Below are positions 1 through 14,149 of a stretch of DNA of 64,000 bases, in pieces (positions within the stretch are counted from its first letter, which is position 1; each line of letters starts with the position of its first letter). Location: NCBI GenBank assembly GCA_021613535.1, contig CP075497.1, positions 992,001 through 1,056,000 of the forward strand, written 5' to 3'. The translations under genes and the position numbers were made by a program. This DNA is from Adineta vaga (taxonomy: Eukaryota; Animalia; Rotifera). The notes beneath the pieces are model-generated. The model saw only the letters and a list, made by a program, of their open reading frames with translations, did not search any database and had not been told where the DNA came from.

Positions 1-19
1 GGCGTTCGATCGAACTACG

Positions 20-3000
20 ATGCTAATCAACAAGAAGAAAACCAACACTCGCAATCCACGAGGTACATTTCGTTTTTATTTTACATTAATAGTAAAGGTT
101 TGTTTTTGTCAACGAAGAACATTTATTTTCTTTTCGTGTATTAAATACGATATAGAAATGGATCAATATTTCACAGAACTAATTTCGTTCATCAAACCAA
201 ATGAAACAATACCTAATATTGATACAATTCTTTCCTTCGACGATCAAGAAGATATGAATTATTTCCTCTCACGAGAAAGAAATTTCGATTCAAGTTTTCC
301 TTCTGAACCACAATTAATTACTCGAATTCATCATTATCTATCGATTTTAACTAACGCGAACGAATTTCGTACATGGAATACTGAAATTGACAACATCTTG
401 AAAGATCCAATTCTAAAGGAGATATTGAATGATTTTACTGAAGTTCGACGAGATATTCAAGATGCTTTTGATAAACCTCAACAGTGGAAAGTTTCTCTTC
501 GACGAAAAATCACCAAAGATGATCGATACAGTCGATTAACAGTATTGCCAAGATTTCGATCGGCTGAACGGCAAGTTTCACCATCACATCTTCGTTTATC
601 ACCCGAACCAAATCGTGCAATTAGTGCTTCTCGCGATCAAAACAAATCGACTATTTCAAAACAAGATATTCACAATAGTTTATCAAGATGTTCCAAGAGT
701 TTCGGAACATTGAAAGATATTTTACCTATTCTCGATCAATTGATTTTTGATACCAAATTTCATTATGATATGCAAAGTATCATCAAACAATTCAATACTA
801 ATTTCGAAAAGAATCTTATAGAATGGAAAAATCGAATTCTACCACAATGGATTGTCGCAAGCAATAATACATCAAATGTGTCTTCAGGTTAAATAACATT
901 TTCTTTTTATATACATTAAACAATCGTTATTCATTTAGAGAAAATACTTGCAAATCCAATAAGTTATTTGAAATCGATTGATGCATATCCTACTTCAGCG
1001 ATGATGAAACAAGATAAGAAAATATTAACTGGTCAATGGATAACTAGTGTAATCTTGGCTCATATCGATATTCATCACATTATTCATGCACATAATCAAT
1101 TTCAATCTGGCAAAATAAATAGTTCTCTTTCATTTGATTTTCATCTCGAAACATTTCATCAATTATTTCATTTCATTGAACAATTATTACAGAAGATTGA
1201 AATAGACAATAATACAAATTTTAATTTTCTATTAAACATGTGTTTACGCTTATTTACTACTCATTTAAAATATCTATCTATATTAAGCATTGATCATCAT
1301 CGAAAAACAACAACAAATCATACATCAAGTGAAGAAGATATCGAATGGAATGACTATCCAACGGATGAACAATGGCAAACTTGGTTTGATACATTACTTG
1401 CATTAGTAACAAAAGAATCGGAATATACTATTTGTAGTCGACAAGCTGCAAAAGCGATCATTATTATTCTTGAAAAACAAATTGTATTATTTTCCGACAG
1501 ATTATTCTATATGCTTCAACATATCCTAGAAAATAGACATCCGATTTTAACTGAAGAATTCTCAATTGCATTAACACAGAATACAACTATAATGGCATGG
1601 ATTGATCTTTTATGTAATGAACACAAAGGAAAGAACCAAACTTGGTCGACTGTAAATTCATTGATCGATCTTTATCCTCGTACATCAAAATCATTACAAC
1701 GAATTCTAGAACGATTTCAACAATTACTCTTTGCTCGACTGATTACAGGTGATCAATCTGTAACTTCAGTGTTTATTCAATATCTTTTAACATTATTCAA
1801 TCAATGTACGATTGATAGTAAGTTATTCTCATCCTTTCTTGTTAATCTCAGTGTTCTAACCATCATCGAAGATCGAATGCGTTTAACTACAATATTTATG
1901 AATATATTACCAATATTATCTGACTTCATTATAAAACATATGACTCAAATAGAAATCGCTGATAGTTCTCAATTTCGATATATCAATTGGTTATTTGGAA
2001 AAATTTGTCATTTACTAATTATAGGTCGATCTACAATTTTATTTGAAACAGAATATTCTGAAATGTTAAAATCACCTTTATTCTCTTGCGGATCTGAAAC
2101 AATGAGAATAGATGAAACATTATTTCAATCCAATATGGCTCTCTATAGTCAATTAAAACAAACAGATTATGTTGTACAGACATCATTCGATGATCAAGAG
2201 CTTTTGTTGTCTGTCTATAACAATACTAAATCAGGTGCACAATTACTATCGAAAATGCGAACTTTTACCAAAGACAAACATCATTCTTTACAAAAATCGA
2301 TTGAACAACAAGCAAATAATGCATGTGATCATCTCTTTGCTGTCTATCTTAAACATTATCGTCGAGTTAATCTTGTCAAAGAAGAATTATCTCGTCCAAA
2401 TACAACTCAACCACATCAAAAATTGTTGTCTCTATTTGAATATGCTCATCGTGTTCGAACAACATTTGCTACAATACGAGGACAAGGTGGTAATTGTGAA
2501 GAATTCTACGAACAAATTCGAATACGAACACTATTTTTACTTTCCAATGTCAAAGAAAGTGATTGGATTCCTATGATAGAGAATCTCTTATCAAAGAATA
2601 TGATACAAATTCAACAACGATCAACGATTAGTTCTTCTCGATTGTTACAACAAACATTCAATGCTTGTCTACGATTTAAAACATTAATGGTAAACAATAA
2701 GAAACGTATCGGTGAAAAATCAAGTCGTGAAGAGACAATGCATCGAACAATTGTTAAGTATGTTTATGGAGATCAAAGTCGATGGAATTTAGAGAAAATC
2801 CAACAATGTATGTCTTATCAACATGAACGAGCCATAATTCGATGGATAACATATCGATTTATTTATACATTTCTTCAAAAATGTATGCAGATTGAAGAGA
2901 ATCAGAGAATCATGACTTTTCTAACGATCTTTTTACCATATGTAAGAGGAATTGATATTGAATGGTCTTACTTAGAAAATATCTCAGCCGTAAATAGTCA

Positions 3001-6000
3001 TTGGAAAGAAAAAATTGGTCAAGTCTATTACTCCATAATAGATTATCTTCTCTTAAATTCATTAGAAAACAATACAAAATTAGTAATTCTTATATTTCAT
3101 CTCTTGAATTTATCCTATACCATCAAAGATATTCAATATTTACATGAACATGAACTTGTACAACGATTATTTTCACAATTTGTTACTTCTAATAATCAAT
3201 CAAATTCATGCATCGAAATAAGATGTCTCGCATATCAATGGTTTCGTTTATATGTATTACATTTATGGAAAACTACTGCCAACGAAAAAAACATCAATAA
3301 ATTATCTGAAGAAAAATGGATTTTTAATGAATTGAAATATTTATTCTCTATTGAACGAAATCAAATAATACCAAAACTTTCTTTTCGACATTCAGCACTT
3401 GGATCAAATGATAAGAATACAACACAAGAAACTAATCAATATTTAATATTACTATTACGATGTGTCACAATCTATGAACATGTTCGAAATCATTGTGCTA
3501 CTCTTGAATATTTCAATCAGTTATGGCAAATGTATCAATGTCGTACAAATCTTATCACTAGTCTTCTAGTATTGAAGATCGTACGTCAGCTTCTTTTCTC
3601 TCTACCGAAAGAACAAATGAAAGATTTGTTAGAAGAGATTTTACTTACAATTAGTAATAATATTCGATCGAAAGAACAATCGTCAGAAATTGTTACGGAA
3701 TTAATTTATATTTATCGAATAATTATGTCTACTGCATCATCATGTCAACAAATAGCTACCGAAAAGATCTTTGAAATAATTATTTCGAATGCAAATTCAT
3801 TTGTTTCTAATGATACTGATCGAATGAATCATTTACTCGCTTGTTTGAGTATTTTAGGTGGATATATTCATCCATTTGGTCTTGGTTCAATCGTACAGAT
3901 CTATACCGAAGATCAATTCGATCAAGAAACTCAATTAGGAATAATTTTAGAAATAAATTCAACTAGCGCATTTCCTTATCTCGTTCAATATTGTCGAACC
4001 AATCAAACTAGATGGGTAACCGTTGATCAATTGCGTATTGAATTAGATGTATTACCACCTTATCTACTTGATCTACCGATTAGTCATACAACTGTCAGTC
4101 AAATGTTTGATGCTTTGATCTATTTCATCGAGCTTGATGAATTACTTTTCGATATTCTCTTGATCTTATCATTGAAACGTCGTTCGATCAGTGTTATATT
4201 TCGCATAATGACGACTAAAAACCTTCTTGAAATCTTCATGGAAAAACCCTATGCATCAATTATTGCGAAACTTTCTACAACTGCTCTATCGACGATTCAT
4301 CGTCTCCAACCGACGGATTTACATCTATTAAATAAACGACATTTGGAACAATATTGTCTTAGTTTAGATCGATGTGAACATTTGAAACAAATCGTTGATA
4401 ATAGGGCAGAAACTCAAGAAGATAATTCACAATTTCATCTTTGGCATAATATTCCATTTAAAGAAGAAACATTAACGATGAATATCTATGACAATGTTGG
4501 GGATAATAATAAATGGAAATCTGCTGGATCGAAACAGTTTGTTGATGAATTTAAACAAGGTCGTCTTGGTAATGAAAACATTTCCATTGTACCGATGATG
4601 TATGAAATTGTTGATCAATGGATGTTAGAAGACTGTGGAATATATCATCGATTTCCCGGTCGAATGTATTTAATTAGTGAGACTGGTAATAGTTCATCGA
4701 TTACTTTTACTGTAGATAATTTACGTTTAAGTCATGGTAAATGGTATTTTTGTATACGTTTATTAGAAAGTCGATTTCTACAAATTGGATGGACAACAAA
4801 TGGTTTTAATCCTAGTAATACCATTGGCATTGGTCAAGATCAATATTCATGGTCTTACGATGGATCACAAGGAATGTTATATCATCAAATCGAATCTCCA
4901 TTTATGACTGATAATATTCATTGGAATAGTAATGATGTTTGTGGATGTGGAATTGAGATTGATGGAATGAATACACGAATCAATTATTGGTTAAATGGAC
5001 ATTTCTTAGGTACAGCTTTTGCTCATGATTTTCCTGTTGGCATAACTGAAACGATATGTAATATGCGACCTAATGGACCGGAAACTACTTACTCTCCAGG
5101 TGTTACTTTACGCGTCAATGATACATCACTTCTCAGTACATGTGAATGGATTTTTAGTCCAGAAGATATGAACGAATGTCCTTTACCCAATGGTCATAAA
5201 CCTTTACTATTACCCACTATACTCACTGTAGTACGATATCCCTTCAATGCATATATTTTGAGTACCGATGATGGACACAATCTTTATCGATCACGTTCTG
5301 CATCTACAAAGATATTTTTACGTGATTTTGTTCATCAACATCATCTAGAAACAGAATTTCTTGTCAATGATAATCGATTGATATTAACAGAAGAAAGTAA
5401 TGGATTTCCATTTCCAATTATCGATCATTCTGATTCATGGACGATCAGTTTCGATTTTGAATTCATAGGTAATGATTCAAAAGAAGATATTTGTCTTTTA
5501 ACATTTGGAAATACATTAACTGTACGAATACCATTTGAGAAAGTGACTAAGAACACTCATATCGCTATTGTATTCTTTGCTAACAACGAACACATCAAAA
5601 CATATATCAATCAAGAATACAAAATATCTAAAGTCTTCATCACTAGTCCGTTTAAACTTCATCTTTTGCCCAAGGCTGCTGTTAAAATTCACAATCTTGC
5701 CTTTTGGAAAGATACTCTATCTGAAGAACAAATTCGTTATCTATTCAATGCTGGCTTGACTCATATTGCTGCTGATTATAATCGATTATCCAAATATCGA
5801 GAATTAGCAAATACATGGACATTTGAAGCAAAACAACAAACTTTTCTGGATGAATCCCTTGTACTTTTACATGAACCATTTACTGTTGAAAAATGGTATA
5901 AAGCTAAATGTGAAGCCGAAGTAGATGAATGGAAATATTTTAAACCAATCGATGGAACAGAACTATCTTCTATTCAATTCTATGGAAATAGAAGTTATCT

Positions 6001-9000
6001 CATTTTAAATAAATCAATTCGCCCATGGTCAGAATATACAATAATTATTGACATTCAAATTGATCATTTACCAGCAGAATACGAACAATTAGCATTGATT
6101 ACTTTAAATTCCAATGTAAGTATCTATTTAACACACGAAGGACAATTATGTTTAACTGTGCATCGAATGAAAAGTGATTTAAAATTGAAATTACATCAAT
6201 ATGTACGTTTGATGATTACTGTTCGAGAATCATCATTAAAATTATATATTGATGGTATATTATATCTTGATGTTCATATTAATGACCATCAACTATTGAT
6301 TAGCGAAAATCATATTGATCTATTTCGTGAATATGATAAAACGAAAAATACAACGAAGAATAATACAATTCGTATTCAATGTAAATCAATTACTTTTATA
6401 GCACATTGTATTGTCGATATCAATGATCATTTGAAATCTACGAATCATTCATTAGAACATCTTGTTGTACCACCTTATTCTATCATTGCTCCAAGTCTAA
6501 TTCTAAGTGGATATGATTCATCATTGATTAAATCAGTATTAAAACAATATCCTTCGATTAGAAATCTTTATGAACTCGATCAAATTCTTCATCAAGAATG
6601 TGAAACTATTATTAAAATCAAGCAGAACAATAAATTACAACGTCAAAATAATCTTCTTACTAAAATGAATCCATCAATAGATCGAAATAAACTACAAAAT
6701 CTTCTTCCATTTTCTCTATGTGATACGGATGAAAAGGTTAATATCCTTGGTACAATTCTCTTCGAACATTGGAATACTTTACAAATATCCAATTCAACAT
6801 TTTCTTCTGATAAAAATTGGTTTGATCAAACTATACAACATCTTACTCTAGATAAGCATTTTAATGAATGGATTCAAGATCAATCACAGAGTATTGTTGA
6901 AGGTAATGATTTAACTTATCAATTATTTGATTTCAATCGATCTTTATCATCCGAACAAAATCAATCACAAACATCTTCTATTGATTATCATTGGATAAGA
7001 ACACAATATTCTCATGAAAATATTCCTCGTAATCAATTGATTACCTTACGTATTGCTTGTGAACATGGATTAATATCAATGTATGCTCATTATACAATCT
7101 TAACAATGTTAAAAGTTTGGTCAATGGATGGATCTAATCTATTTCCGTTAGAAAAATTTGGAGATTATACATTTCTATTAATATTATTTCGATTATTAGA
7201 TTATCATTATAATTATACTCGATTACATACTGATGAAAACATTGATCGAATGAATTTATTAATAAAAACTATTCTCAATGTTGAAATTAATCAATTAATT
7301 AAATATCAATCAAATAAAAATGATTCTTTGTTAAATATAACACCACTTCTCTATGAATTACAAAAGAATTTAAGTATACAAATGATTCAATTGATTTCTA
7401 ATCCATATCTATTAATTGATGATGATCAAGAATCAATTGAAACGATTGAAAAACCCAATTTAAAATTTATTCTCAAACTTCTTAATCTTTTTCTTTTATT
7501 AATACGAGAATCATTCATAAAGAAACAAATTGATATTAATTTCTTAGTTTCTTTTATTTTTCCAACAATATTCATTGAATATCTATTCGATTTATTTCTT
7601 CTTTGTCCAAAACATCAATCCAAAATAATGATTTTACATCTTTTTACTACGTAAATCAATCGATTTGTTACTTGATGAAAATTTTTATTAATTTTTTATA
7701 GATTGATTCAAACAAATGAACAAATTTATTTTAGTCAACGTATTCAATATTTTTTCTTTCATTTATTTGTTCAATTACCACCAGATTCTACATCAATGTT
7801 CAATCATACGGTAAAAACATTTCAAATTGCTATTTTAGATTTTGTTTATCTTCTATTCAAACGAAATCAAAATCATTTGATTGATATTCATTTTACTCAA
7901 TCATTTTATGATTTATTGATGTTAATCGATATTTTAAATATATTAAACATTCGACCAAAACGTCCAATATTTCCTGAATCATTCATTCTTCAATCAATAA
8001 CAGTTCCTAATATTGATCTTCAATTAAATCAACACGAACTTGAACAATCTGATCATTATTTTGATAAAATTGCTGATCTTCAATTAATTGATTTTATGAA
8101 TCAATATCTTCTAATCAATGTATCATTCAGAGAATTGATCTTAAGTCTACCTACTGATAGTATATCCCATTCTACTCATTATCAAAACTATCCATCTCTA
8201 TGGCATATTTCAGCTGAATGTATTCAAATACGTGTGAAATTCTTCTGTTTATTCAATATAATTATTGAAAAACTTGTTTCCATGGTTGATCTTAGTCTTC
8301 CTGTAGGAGAAAGTTTTCTTACTGATAAATTTCGATCATCTCGATCGTATATTTTACGTACTACTAAATTTCAATTATTGAATAGAGCATTACTTGCCAC
8401 GGCATTACCATCAAAAGATAATATTCCATCGGTTAATTTTGATACAGTACAGGCAAGTACGACAACTATGACGACGAAAACAATGTTTCATCAAGCATAC
8501 GAACAATTACATCCGACTGCTCATATACTTTTTCGACGAAAAGATGAACGTCTTTGGCGAGCACAATATCTTTGCATGCATAGTACAGATCATGGCGGTC
8601 CGTATCGTGATTCTATTACTTGTATATGTGCAGATATTTGTAGTACTCGATTACCATTATTTATTCTTTGTCCTAATGGACGTATGAATGATGGTTTAAA
8701 TCGTGATCGTTGGATTCCCAATGTTTTCCCACCAAATAAATCCATTCCAAATCTAATAAAAAAACAATATCGATTCGTTGGTCAATTGATAGGTATGGCT
8801 ATACGTAAAAATTTCTATTTAGATTTCAAATTTCCTACACTTCTATGGAAACAATTAGTGTATGATGAAGTTACTTTGGAGGATATTGAAGCTATTGATG
8901 TGCAAAGTTTGTCTTTAATTAATGAAATAGAGAAGATGTTCCATTCATCAAATCAATTCATTGATACAGACAATGATGTACTTAACAGTATTCTTGAAGA

Positions 9001-9684
9001 TTTACGATTTGAAGTAATGAGTGCAAATGGACAAACATTTGAATTAATACGTGGTGGACATGATATACCAATTACTTTAGAAAATCTCAAAGAATATTGT
9101 TCAAACTATCGTCGATATCGTTTAGAAGAATTTTCTCGACAAATTGAATATATTCGTCAAGGATTATACAGTGTTATTCCTGGATATTTCTTAAGTTTAT
9201 TCACGACTCGCGAATTAGAAGAAACTGTTTGTGGTAAAGGTGAAATTGATATTGAATTATTAAAACGTAATACTGTCTATGGTAGTCATTTTCGATCTAC
9301 TTCGAATTGTATTCAATATTTCTGGACAGTACTCAGTAAGAAATTTACTGAAGAACAGAAAAAATTATTTTTAAAATTCGTCTGGGGTCGATCAACACTA
9401 CCTAGTCGTGATGAAGATTTTACATCAAAATTTGTCATCAATCCTTTAACCGTTGACAACAATGCTATCAATGGAGCACTTCCAAGTAAGATTTTTCCAA
9501 TGATCTTCTCCTCATAATTATTTTCATTGTAGGAGCACATACATGTAGTTTTGCTTTGGATTTACCTGAATATTCATCAGGTAGTATAATGTATGATCGT
9601 TTAAATTATGCAATTACAAATTGTTCAAGTATCGACGGTGACGGCAATATGAATGACATGCCTGTTGTCTCAGATTATGATTGA
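20..9684 (+). CDS. Large HECT-domain E3 ubiquitin ligase with SPRY domain (HERC/HECTD4-like), ~3140 aa; may be 5'-incomplete
   Basis: Exons 20-62, 156-887, 939-7650, 7702-9485 and 9533-9684 join in frame through GT-AG introns of 93, 51, 51 and 47 bp (the first exon is the least certain). SPRY-like segment GKWYFCIRLL..QIGW..IGIGQDQYSWSYDG at ~4730-4870. HECT motifs DHGGPYRDS, FVGQLIGMAIR and FLKFVWGRSTLP. The last exon, missed by the ORF track, gives LPRAHTCSFALDLPEY with the catalytic Cys. AATAAA near 9743. Confidence 0.88.
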
Positions 9685-11399
9685 AGACATAATGAACTTT
9701 TTTTCTTTCTTTTCTGTATTGCTTTCATTATATCAATGACAAAATAAAATAAATGTGGAAACTTCGGATTTCATCTGAGAGGTATGTGTACTACAAAAAG
9801 TGTATTGCAGAGATAAATCATACTGGAATATCTGTGCATCAAAATTATTATGAAAAACCTTTTCGATGAGCACGATTTCTGATGATTTGTTTTTCAATGA
9901 ATTTTTGTGTTTGTATCTATCAGAATTATGGTCGTAAGCAACTTCATAAATCTATAAAAAGTATACGATAGACTCAAACATCAGTATTTGCATAATAGTT
10001 CAACGATATCAATAAATATGGAGATCGTTTTTTTATCATTTGATGGCATTTTTGACTAGATACAAAGCCACGCATTTGAGAAACCCCAAAACTACTGGTC
10101 ATCTGCGACGTATCTAGGCAAATTGATTTCTGTTATCATATTCGGAAGCAGCGTTAAAAACTGAGTCGATTCATATACGTTTTCAATAATTTTGAGAAAA
10201 AAAACTGTTATCCAGAGAGTCTTGAATCCTTCTGGAGAAAAGTAGTGGGGAGAATTTCTACGCGCAAGAATAATAAATCATTGTACAGCAAGAAGGATTT
10301 GAATCAACGTTACGGTGGTGTAAAAGCTACCCTTGGTAATAAAAGAATATGGGGGCAATATGTTTTAGTGCAACGATAAACTTTTAATAATGAAAACATA
10401 TGAAGCACAACTCTTTATGTGCAATATAATATCCTGATGTTTAAGGGATCAATGAAGTCATTGCTGAACGTTGAATAATCAACGGTTGAGAAAACAAGAT
10501 GGAAGAATGAATATATCTGTAGAAGTAGAATAATGTTCCCTCATAGGCAGTACAATGCATCCTTTTATAGAGGAAGTAGGATACTAAATCATACAGGAAA
10601 TAACAAAATACTCTAATCTTGAGAACATACAACGAATTACGGTGGTCAATTAAACAGCATATTTCTTTTTTTAAAGAGATCGTAGAATGAGCAACAAAAG
10701 ACAATAAAAAATATATGAACCAAACGTGTTCATATTTTAATTAATAAGAAAATAGCTTTTACTGCTCTTAATTATTTCTCGTAGCAATAAACTATTACAA
10801 AAATTGTAACATTTAATAATACATTTCTTTTTACAACAATTTGAATATCAACTAAGAACTTTCTTTCAATATAAGTATGTTTGTAAAAACAAAAAGACAA
10901 CATATGACTCTTTTCCTTGTTTAATCATTCTATGATAATGTCTGGTATTAATCAAGATTGATTCTTGTAGTCTATAAGCAAAAAGTGTGGTGGTAAACCT
11001 AAGTTCAATCTTTTATCCAATCATCATCCACCGATCACTCTTGTTAGTTACTTTTGCATCGTATCTCTTTTTATCTACAATCATACATGTGCGTTATGTA
11101 TTTTTTTATGCTCTTTTGCAATTATACACTTGTACTTCTTTGATTACTGTGGCGTCTATTGAAGCATATACATTTTGCGATTTATACAGGTAAGATGAGT
11201 ATCGTATGAGAAGAAAAATGTATGCTATGACATGGTTTGTGATGAAACCTTGAGTAATCAACTAACGTTTTTCTGACATATACGTGCATACGATAGAAAA
11301 TATACTTATGTGTTTCTCATCAATCGATCTTCTTCTTAATAATAGTTTTCTATTAAGTAAGTCAAGTTTTTTTAGAGCAGTTTGTCGTTCTAAAACAAT

Positions 11400-12758
11400 A
11401 TGGAATTATCACCTACAGTTGCTACGGAACAAGTTCCGACGGAAATTAATATAAAAAAAACCACTCGTCGTCCATTAATTCATGTTTTTACTGGTTTTCG
11501 AGCATTAGCATGTTTATGGGTATTTATACTTCATTCTGGAATATACAGTTCGTATGAAATGGTTAAATTTCAAATAGAATGGATTGGATTTGCCGGAGAA
11601 GCAGGTGTTGCAGTATTTTTCTGTCTCAGCGGTTTCGTGATGGTTTGGACTTATGGTGATTGTGAATTTAAATCGACTAAATGTTATTGGTCTTTTATTG
11701 GACGACGAGCTGCTCGATTATTTCCATTATATTATTTCGCATTACTTTTATCTATCTACAACATCAGATGTGTATGGAGTAAAGAGGAAACATGTTCTAC
11801 GGAACATTGGATATTTATCATTTCGACTTTATTCAGCATTCAAACGTGGATTCCCTACAATTTTCCATTCTCTTCATGGAACATTGTAATATGGAGTGTA
11901 CAGACAGAATGGTTTTTCTATTTGGCATTTCCTTTTCTTCTTCGACTGATACGATATCTATTAAATACAACTCAAATCAGTCTTCTTTTGCATAGCGATC
12001 ATAAGAAAAACGCACTAACACGTTTATATGTATTGTGGTTATTAGTTTTGTGCATATCATCAAGTTTCCTTGTAATTCGATTAGTTTTACATGATGATCT
12101 AACAATACCAATACTTGACAGACAAAGCGAAATAATATATTATTCACCCTTCACAAGAATTCCTGAATTTATTCTTGGAATACTTACAGGTATTATCTTC
12201 ATGTTAAATTCATCATCAGATAATTCTACACAAGCAACCGACACTACGCATTTATTACCTAGTAATGATCAACAAGGATATATTGAAGTTGAATCATCAA
12301 TAAATTCTAAACGATATCTTGCGAACTATAATTATCATTATTTGATATTTGATATTTATTTTATATTACAAATAGTCTTTTTTGTTATTATTTATTCTCC
12401 ATTTCTATATCACGACTGGATAGTAACTCCGTATAGACATATCATTGGTTTCGGCCCAATAATTTCCATTATTGTCTGTATTAATTTATATTTTTCTGCT
12501 AAATTTCCTCTATCATTAACATCAAGACTATTAACAACATCATTATTGATCAATATGGGTGAGATCTCATATGCATTTTATTGTTTGGTTGAGGCGTTAC
12601 CCTTAGTTTTCTTACTTATATCGGGTATGAAGGAACAGAGTATGATTATGAAATTCTTTGCTGGTATTGGTATAGCTGTATTTGCTCGTCATTACATTGA
12701 AATACCTTTTTATACATGGGCAAATAAGAAACTAACAAAATGTCAATGTATACATTAA
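11400..12758 (+). CDS. Membrane-bound acyltransferase-3 (OafA/YrhL-like) family protein, intronless
   Basis: 452-aa ORF with family motifs FTGFRALACLWVFILH, GVAVFFCLSGFVM, RRAARLFPLYY, WSVQTEWFFY, MGEISYAFY and YIEIPF, and many hydrophobic helices. Confidence 0.88.
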   Translation: MELSPTVATEQVPTEINIKKTTRRPLIHVFTGFRALACLWVFILHSGIYSSYEMVKFQIEWIGFAGEAGVAVFFCLSGFVMVWTYGDCEFKSTKCYWSFIGRRAARLFPLYYFALLLSIYNIRCVWSKEETCSTEHWIFIISTLFSIQTWIPYNFPFSSWNIVIWSVQTEWFFYLAFPFLLRLIRYLLNTTQISLLLHSDHKKNALTRLYVLWLLVLCISSSFLVIRLVLHDDLTIPILDRQSEIIYYSPFTRIPEFILGILTGIIFMLNSSSDNSTQATDTTHLLPSNDQQGYIEVESSINSKRYLANYNYHYLIFDIYFILQIVFFVIIYSPFLYHDWIVTPYRHIIGFGPIISIIVCINLYFSAKFPLSLTSRLLTTSLLINMGEISYAFYCLVEALPLVFLLISGMKEQSMIMKFFAGIGIAVFARHYIEIPFYTWANKKLTKCQCIH

Positions 12759-13249
12759 AGTATAATGACTGCGAAGTGTTTTTTTTCTTTCAGACATGAT
12801 CTTACATCAATATATATAACAATAAATCTTCACAGATGGCGCTAATGAAAATAACTTTGCACAACATTTGAAATTGTTATGAATTCTCCAGAATAAAATA
12901 GGGCAACCTATATAAAAGCAATTTAAAAGTGTACAGTGAATTGAAGCAAAACAAGAAAGTCATTGTAGAGATACATAAAGAATTCATCAGATAGAGAGTA
13001 AATACTTTTTATCGGACATGGTATTCCACTTTCGTTTACGTAACAAGCAAGTTTGACGGTCAGTTTATCTTCCATTCGCATGTTTGAATAATACAGAAGA
13101 GACATAGACACATAGACAAGCTGAAGCTTTAGAACATTTTATGGTTCTAGAAGAAAGGTTCGGTATATGATGACTGTTTTTAAGAGCGTGTCACATACCG
13201 TTAGTATTGAACGAAATCACCCTGAAAACAACCCCAAAGAACGCATTTG

Positions 13250-13441
13250 TCATCCAATAATTCATGTATTTACTAGTTTTCGTGCATTAGCCTGTTTATG
13301 AGTATTTATATGTTTCATAGTAATATAACGTAAGAACAGCTGATATTTCAAATGCAATGGGTACCATTTAGTGAAGAAGCAGGCATCGTCTTGTTCTTCT
13401 GCATAAGTGATTTCGTGATGGTTTGGACTTATGGTGATTGC
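13250..13441 (+). pseudogene. Decayed partial copy of the acyltransferase-3 5' region
   Basis: ttcatgtatttactagttttcgtgcattagcctgtttatgagtatttata ... tttcgtgatggtttggacttatggtgattg aligns with ~11470-11662. The Trp codon is TGA here, there are indels, and similarity stops at ~13441. Confidence 0.8.
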
Positions 13442-13582
13442 GATAGAGTTTGGTGTGATTGTAACTGTGACCGTGGTGTGGTGACTGAGTAATTTGTCGC
13501 AGAATTAATTAACTGTAACAAGATTATCAAAATATACAGGCACCGAGAAAGAAATAAACAATCTCATGAAAATAATTATGTA

Positions 13583-13645
13583 TATACGAGGGATATTCTC
13601 ACTATAATATACACCCACACCCACACCCACCCACACCCTTATTCA
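13583..13645. repeat. Telomere-like (CCCACA)n tract, part of a degenerate hairpin element
   Basis: acacccacacccacacccacccacaccc at 13611-13638, preceded by a gaggg remnant. Confidence 0.6.
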
Positions 13646-14149
13646 TAGATTTTTATCAAAAGCTTGATTGACGTCATCTTATTTTTACGTTTTATTTCTT
13701 TTTCTTCTAACATTCTAGTCAGTGTATACATATTACAGGGACGAAATATGAAACAGTACAGCTAACTAACTGATATAATCATGAAAAAAGACAAACGACT
13801 CAGCAGAACAGCAAAAATAATATTCTTTTTCGTCACTATTACTAAAAATACATTTGATGTTTATAATGCACTCATGGAAAGTGATTGAATGAATTTATAT
13901 TTTCATAAATAATGAACTTGTTCAATCGTCTCAATTAAGATAAGGATATGTAACATACGTACATTCAAAACAATGTAAAGTATATTTACACATAATAAGT
14001 AGAAAAGAAACAGAATATTTTTATTTTGCATTAAATTGTATGTCAAAACTATAAATGTTTAATTATTCGAAGAATTATTAAAAAAAAGACGAAATAAAAT
14101 AATTATGTCTTATGTAGAAAATACTTTCATAATTAGAGGATAGTTCATT

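Noticed and set aside
10000-11200. Coding-looking stretch and short ORFs (10441-10704, 10987-11193)
   Set aside because: Multiple stops, non-ATG starts and no recognisable motif. Possibly a decayed gene, but unsupported.
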